A DNA stretch of 64,000 nucleotides from Lepidodermella squamata. Taxonomy: Eukaryota > Animalia > Gastrotricha. The position numbers were made by a program, and so were the translations under genes. Positions 59,285-64,000 of the stretch are shown in pieces. Numbering within the stretch: position 1 is the stretch's first letter; the number at the start of each line of letters is the position of its first letter. The notes under the pieces are model-generated. The model saw only the letters and a program-made list of their open reading frames with translations. It had not been told where the DNA came from and did no database searches. The DNA is taken from the NCBI GenBank assembly GCA_047495785.1, contig JBLDXI010000015.1, positions 930,001 through 994,000 of the forward strand. Direction: 5' to 3'.

Positions 59285-60139
59285 ACCTTGAAAGAAATTA
59301 AGGGTTAGGTAATATCGAAAAGCCTTGATTAAGTAAATCCGGGTGTAACTATGAACAACCCTATTTTTCGAAGGTAAGATATCATTCTTTTCTCAAAAAT
59401 CCGAGACGGGCAAGGAAATTTCTGATTTGCATGTATTTTTTTGGTATTTTGATATTTTTTGGTTATTATTGCCAATTCAAATTACTCAAGGCTACTTTGA
59501 TCAGTATGAGTGTTGTAGCACTCTACCCTGAATACATGCCCCGCACAGACAAATCGCCGAAAATTTCTTTCTTCTTGCAGAGAGAAAGGAGAAAAAATGT
59601 TAAGAGAATATTCAAGTCGTCCCAAAACTACATCTAAAGCCTCACGGTATCACCTAGCCTTACTGCACCAGAGTTGATTTCGCAAAATGCCCTCAAGCGA
59701 CCGAAAACCTTGCTACGTCGCAAAAAAGGAGCGAGCTACGCGAAGCAAGGATTTCGATCTGGCAAGGTGAGAAAAAGTGAAGCGAGCGTGGCAAGCAGTC
59801 ATTGGTATCTGATTTTTCTTTATCGATCGAAGCGAGAAAAGCGTCCAATTTATCAACACTTTTTTGTGACCACTGCGAATTATTATTGGCAGTAGATGAC
59901 TGCCTAGCATGCCAACCGAGAAATTGGCATTTAATGCGGCTTTTTTGATGCACTGCCGAAGCTGAACGATGATTATTAGCCAACGGGACAGAATTTGTTT
60001 CGGCCTGATAGACGCCGAAAAACCCCAATAGATGCAGCTGACATTGACGCCAAAAAACAGCTTTAAAATGGAGTAGCTCAGGTCTGATATTAAATTCCTG
60101 ATTTCATTCTACCTTGAAGTTATGTTACGTTCACAAACT

Positions 60140-60345
60140 GCTTCGAAGGCTTGTCCGAAGTTATAGCCTCCGAAGTTTCGTATCGCTGACCGAAGTTGTA
60201 GATTTTTGTACACAAACGCGCACACTTTGGACTGTGCGTGCGTAAGTAACTTCGGACACGCACAAACTTCGGCTCGGAGAGCCCCACAACTGCTATCCGA
60301 AGCGCCTCCAAACCGTTTGTGCGTGTCCGAAGTTACGTACGCACG
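60140..60345. repeat. CCGAAGTT/AACTTCGG-rich foldback with a ~31-bp near-perfect hairpin
   Basis: CGTGCGTAAGTAACTTCGGACACGCACAAAC (~60237-60267) vs GTTTGTGCGTGTCCGAAGTTACGTACGCACG (~60315-60345). Confidence 0.65.
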
Positions 60346-61455
60346 CGCGCGCAGCCACTTGCCCGCGCGAGGTAGGGCGACGACATAAATCAACTGTTCC
60401 TGTGGCATCTTGAATTCGTTTTATGTTGACTATTGACTATTATTCCGAAAAGCGGTCATTTTCGCGTTTTTGTTATCGTCGTCTTGTTGTACATCTTATT
60501 ATTTAGGTATTTTGAGAATTGAAGTGAAATCGAAAAAAATTGTGTCTACACCTTTTCTGGTTTAAGCTCATGTGCACGCACTCGAAATCTTCGGCCCGCA
60601 AACATTGAAATTTCGTACGACTCATGTCACGCGCACGAAATTGCCACTGATAAATAACATCGCACCGAAGTTTCGCTTGAGTGTTCCGAAGTTTCATTGG
60701 GTTGCGTGATACCGTCTCATTTGGGTACCGATATTTCATCAACCGTCAGGAATATAGGGGTAATGGGGAATTTATATCAGTGAGTAGATCTCTCCATTTC
60801 ACATGCCCGTGTGAAAGCCATATTTTTATTCTGGTCGAAAATTCTTAGGTGTGCGTGTGCGAATCGACTTTCTTTGAGTTTTCAGTGTGCCGCGCTCCCT
60901 GTTGACAAATCAAACCGCGATAACATTTATATTGGGGTGAATGGGAAGAAGAGCTCTATCAGATGAAATGGATTTCGTTCTACTTCTCGCGAAGGATGAT
61001 TTTGCAAAAAGGGGCCCAAACGATGCGCTTGCTGCGTGCCCAGTGTAGAAAGGCGCGATACCTGCGCGCACCGGTAGTCATGCTACTTGTTCTCTCTCTT
61101 GTGCTCTTTCAATAATAAGTGGCAGGATTTGCTCTATAACTCAAACTTTTCCTGGTATTTCCATCGATTATTGTTTTCTCAAAAAGGGACTTGACATTTT
61201 CGTTGCAAAGAGAGCGCGGTTGCGTAACTATTAGTCTACGGCCCGCGCTTGTGTGTGTCGAGTCCATTGGTATTAGTCACAAGGGGAATTCAACTCATCG
61301 CTCATTTATCTGTCGCTGGCCATCAGCCTACTATGTTTTCATGCTATCTAAATTGCAGAGTAGTGGCGAATGCGTGTCGACGTGAAGGCCTGGTTTGCTT
61401 AAACTTGAAGCGCTAACATGAGGAACATTAGCCGCAAAACGCTCACTGCCGTGAG

Positions 61456-62652
61456 ATGACAAGTCTCAATCGCATGAGGCGGGCCTCGCTATGCATTTTC
61501 ATCGCGTCACTAGCTGAAATCTATTTGCAATTCGCATGGCCTACAATACCCGGCGGGAAATTGTACCGCGATTTTGAGATCAAGTACAGCGTAACTGATC
61601 GTGCGATGAATGCGGATGGCGAAATTACGATTATGATGGCAACTTCACGGTACAAGGAAGATTTAACTCAACCACCGCATTACGACCCTGCCACAGATAA
61701 CTGTCCGAAAAAGTGTCGAATTGTATATCACGCCACGTCCCCACACGAATTGCTAACAGCTGATGCGATGATTTTCCATCTTGTTCATACAGATTTGAAC
61801 ACGACATGGTTTGAATGGCTGCTACGCCACCGCAGTCGAGAACAAGTCTTCATATTCTACTCGGTGGAGCCTCCATTAATATTGGCTCGAATGCTGCCTG
61901 GTATGAGGGATTATCGCTATTTTAACGGACTTTTTAACTGGACAATGACATATCGCAGAGATTCAGACATACCCACCTACTACAACGGCGTGATTGGCTA
62001 CGAGAGAATCCCGCCTAAAACGCCGCAGCCTTGGACGAAAATCTCAGGAAAAAAGCATATTGCTGCGGCTATATCGAATTGCATGAGTCAGAATTACAAT
62101 AGAATAGGAATTCTTGAAGAGTTGCGAGGTCTCGGACTTGAAGTCGATATTTTTGGTAAATGTGGCTCAAAGACATGCACTGGTGTATTCCGTCCAGAAT
62201 GTTATCACCGTTTCGAGAGTGGCTACCTGTTTTACGCCGCCTTCGAAAATTCCCTTTGCCAAGATTATGTCACGGAAAAGGCGTTCAACATCCTGGACTA
62301 CAACATTGTCCCCATCGTTATAGGCGAGTCGAATTATTCCGCGATTTTGCCTCCGAAATCGTTTATTAACCTGCGAGACTTTAAATCTGCTCAAAGTTTT
62401 GCTAGGTTCATTCTCCAACTTTCGCAGGATGAAGTGGCTTACAATTCGTATTTTGATTGGAAAGCCAACTATCGGTTGAAGAAGGAGCCATATAATAATA
62501 TGTATTGCAAACCATGTCTGAAAATGCATGAGCACAGATCTATGAAACCGAGAGAAACAAAAATATATGAAGATCTAGATTCTTGGTGGCGGCTGCCTTG
62601 CTCGGGCACAGCCCGAGTGTACCGCGGAAGGTTCTTACTGCTCATCATTTAG
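61456..62652 (+). CDS. Alpha-1,3-fucosyltransferase (GT10), intronless, 398 aa
   Basis: FNWTMTYRRDSDI and the alpha-1,3-FucT motif YLFYAAFENSLCQDYVTEK; VPIV.G; LPPKSFI; N-terminal TM. Confidence 0.92.
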   Translation: MTSLNRMRRASLCIFIASLAEIYLQFAWPTIPGGKLYRDFEIKYSVTDRAMNADGEITIMMATSRYKEDLTQPPHYDPATDNCPKKCRIVYHATSPHELLTADAMIFHLVHTDLNTTWFEWLLRHRSREQVFIFYSVEPPLILARMLPGMRDYRYFNGLFNWTMTYRRDSDIPTYYNGVIGYERIPPKTPQPWTKISGKKHIAAAISNCMSQNYNRIGILEELRGLGLEVDIFGKCGSKTCTGVFRPECYHRFESGYLFYAAFENSLCQDYVTEKAFNILDYNIVPIVIGESNYSAILPPKSFINLRDFKSAQSFARFILQLSQDEVAYNSYFDWKANYRLKKEPYNNMYCKPCLKMHEHRSMKPRETKIYEDLDSWWRLPCSGTARVYRGRFLLLII

Positions 62653-62974
62653 ATTTGATGTTCTATTTCGTTCGTTTTCAGTACTGAAAGCAATCATTGA
62701 ATCATCAAGCAAGCGATGGCTAGGAAACAATCGATAAATCTCAATGGGTAATAATTTTACATCATGTTTTATGGAAAATATAGTTATCATTTAGGTTATT
62801 GAATACTGTCAGCCTGTTATGACATTTCGGAATGTACGCCGATTTTATACACTAAGGGATGCATACAGGAATTAAACAGATTCCAATAAATCAAACATAC
62901 TTCATTTCGTTTTTCGGTGTACCTTGGAACCTTTCGGCGTCATGGTTATACGTGTGCAGCTGTTGGGGCGCGAG

Positions 62975-63555
62975 TCCGAATTCTGCCCGTACGCATTCGG
63001 GCGGGCCCGTGTGCAGACGGGTAACATTGATTCGCCGCTCCGCACTCGGGCCGCTTAAGAACATGCCCATATGGGAGGTTTACCGTAAATTTAACAAATT
63101 CAATAGATTCACGCTTCACGGTACATGGGCCGGCCTATGCGTTGACCCGAGCACGGCGGAGAGCAATGGGAACCAGCGCAATTGTTAGGCGCTCGAGACG
63201 TACTCGGGGCGCCGGGTTTGTGCTGGGACTTCTTACAGTTATCGTGTAGGGCGTTGGTTGTAGGATGACCCAAGCCCGGCAGCCCAAGCCCGGAGGCCCG
63301 ATTCCAGAGGCTCGAGCCCGGCTGCCCTAATGCGTCACCTAACAATTGCGCTGCTTCCCATTGCTCTCCGCCGTGCTCGGGTCAACGCATAGGCCGGCCC
63401 GTGTACCTTGAAGCGTTATTCTTTCGAAATCGTTAAATTTACGGTAAACTGCGCATATGGGCCCGGCATAGACTGACCAGCGCGCGGAGTGGCGAAGTGC
63501 AGTTACCCGGTCGCATACGGGCCGGCCCGAACGCGTACGGGCCGATTCCGATGAG
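62975..63555. repeat. Long GC-rich inverted repeat: arms ~62975-63189 and ~63339-63555, ~150-bp spacer
   Basis: Arms align without gaps; the inner ~60 bp are nearly identical and the outer parts are diverged. Confidence 0.85.
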
Positions 63556-63857
63556 CACATGAGGAGACCATTAAGCAGAATATTGACCTTTTTAACGAAG
63601 CGAGAAATTAAAAAAAAATTTGAGGGCATGTATAATTCGTATTATTTGGATACGTCCAATTTATGATACGCTCTGCAAGAGATTTGCAAGAGGCGGACTC
63701 AACTTTTCTAATCGATTTCATAAAATCCGTTGTTCTTTTCAAACATTATTTATTCGTTCCAAATCATAACATGTTATTATTACCCACTGGAAGCGTTCAA
63801 ATCATGAATAAATGGCGAGAAATATAACTGAACTTTAGACCGACCGGAGAATTTCCA

Positions 63858-64000
63858 TTATTTCTCATCGATGATCACTGGACTTGGGCAAGTGATAGGA
63901 AAAGGCTGGCCGTGGTAGTACTGGATATCGCAAAATTCATGAACCTGCGTCGCATTGTCAAAATACATCTGAACCGTGAGATACCGCAGCGGCGCATCGC
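63858..64000 (-). CDS. GT15 mannosyltransferase homologue 6, 3' end only (runs off the window)
   Basis: Minus strand reads DAPLRYLTVQMYFDNATQVHEFCDIQYYHGQPFPITCPSPVIIDEK*, very close to copy 5. Confidence 0.88.
   Translation of the reverse strand, partial: DAPLRYLTVQMYFDNATQVHEFCDIQYYHGQPFPITCPSPVIIDEK

Noticed and set aside
62859-63629. Two paralogous-looking ORFs on opposite strands ending in QRNC
   Set aside because: The similarity is a by-product of the inverted repeat; no recognisable protein features.

Overview
Eukaryotic DNA, almost certainly from an invertebrate animal with a compact genome. Evidence: mostly 47-75 nt GT-AG introns, a class C GPCR, C-type lectins, LINEs, a SINE and MITEs. 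The species cannot be named from the sequence. Almost every gene here encodes a secretory-pathway protein and many are glycan-related: one GABA-B-type 7TM receptor; six secreted Cys-rich paralogues built from an RY..YYE..C..C..FD..CxCxC repeat; two intronless secreted PQQ/BamB-like beta-propellers; two triple LamG/ConA-like proteins, probably GPI-anchored; six GT15 (Kre2/Mnt1-like) mannosyltransferase homologues, a family unusual in animals; three disrupted triple C-type lectin genes; and one GT10 alpha-1,3-fucosyltransferase. The most novel signal is a ~40-aa four-cysteine module (RC..C..C..F/Y..C) that I cannot assign to a known family. It is exon-shuffled between the Cys-rich family and the C-type lectins, and eight of those nine genes share an upstream GCACGNG motif. 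Other points: a recent 656-bp chimera-forming duplication, a MITE inserted exactly at a splice donor, a LINE nested in a Mutator-like element, and an internally deleted RTE with both ends and its TSD. Exon models were spliced by hand and family assignments rest on motif recognition; no database searches were run.
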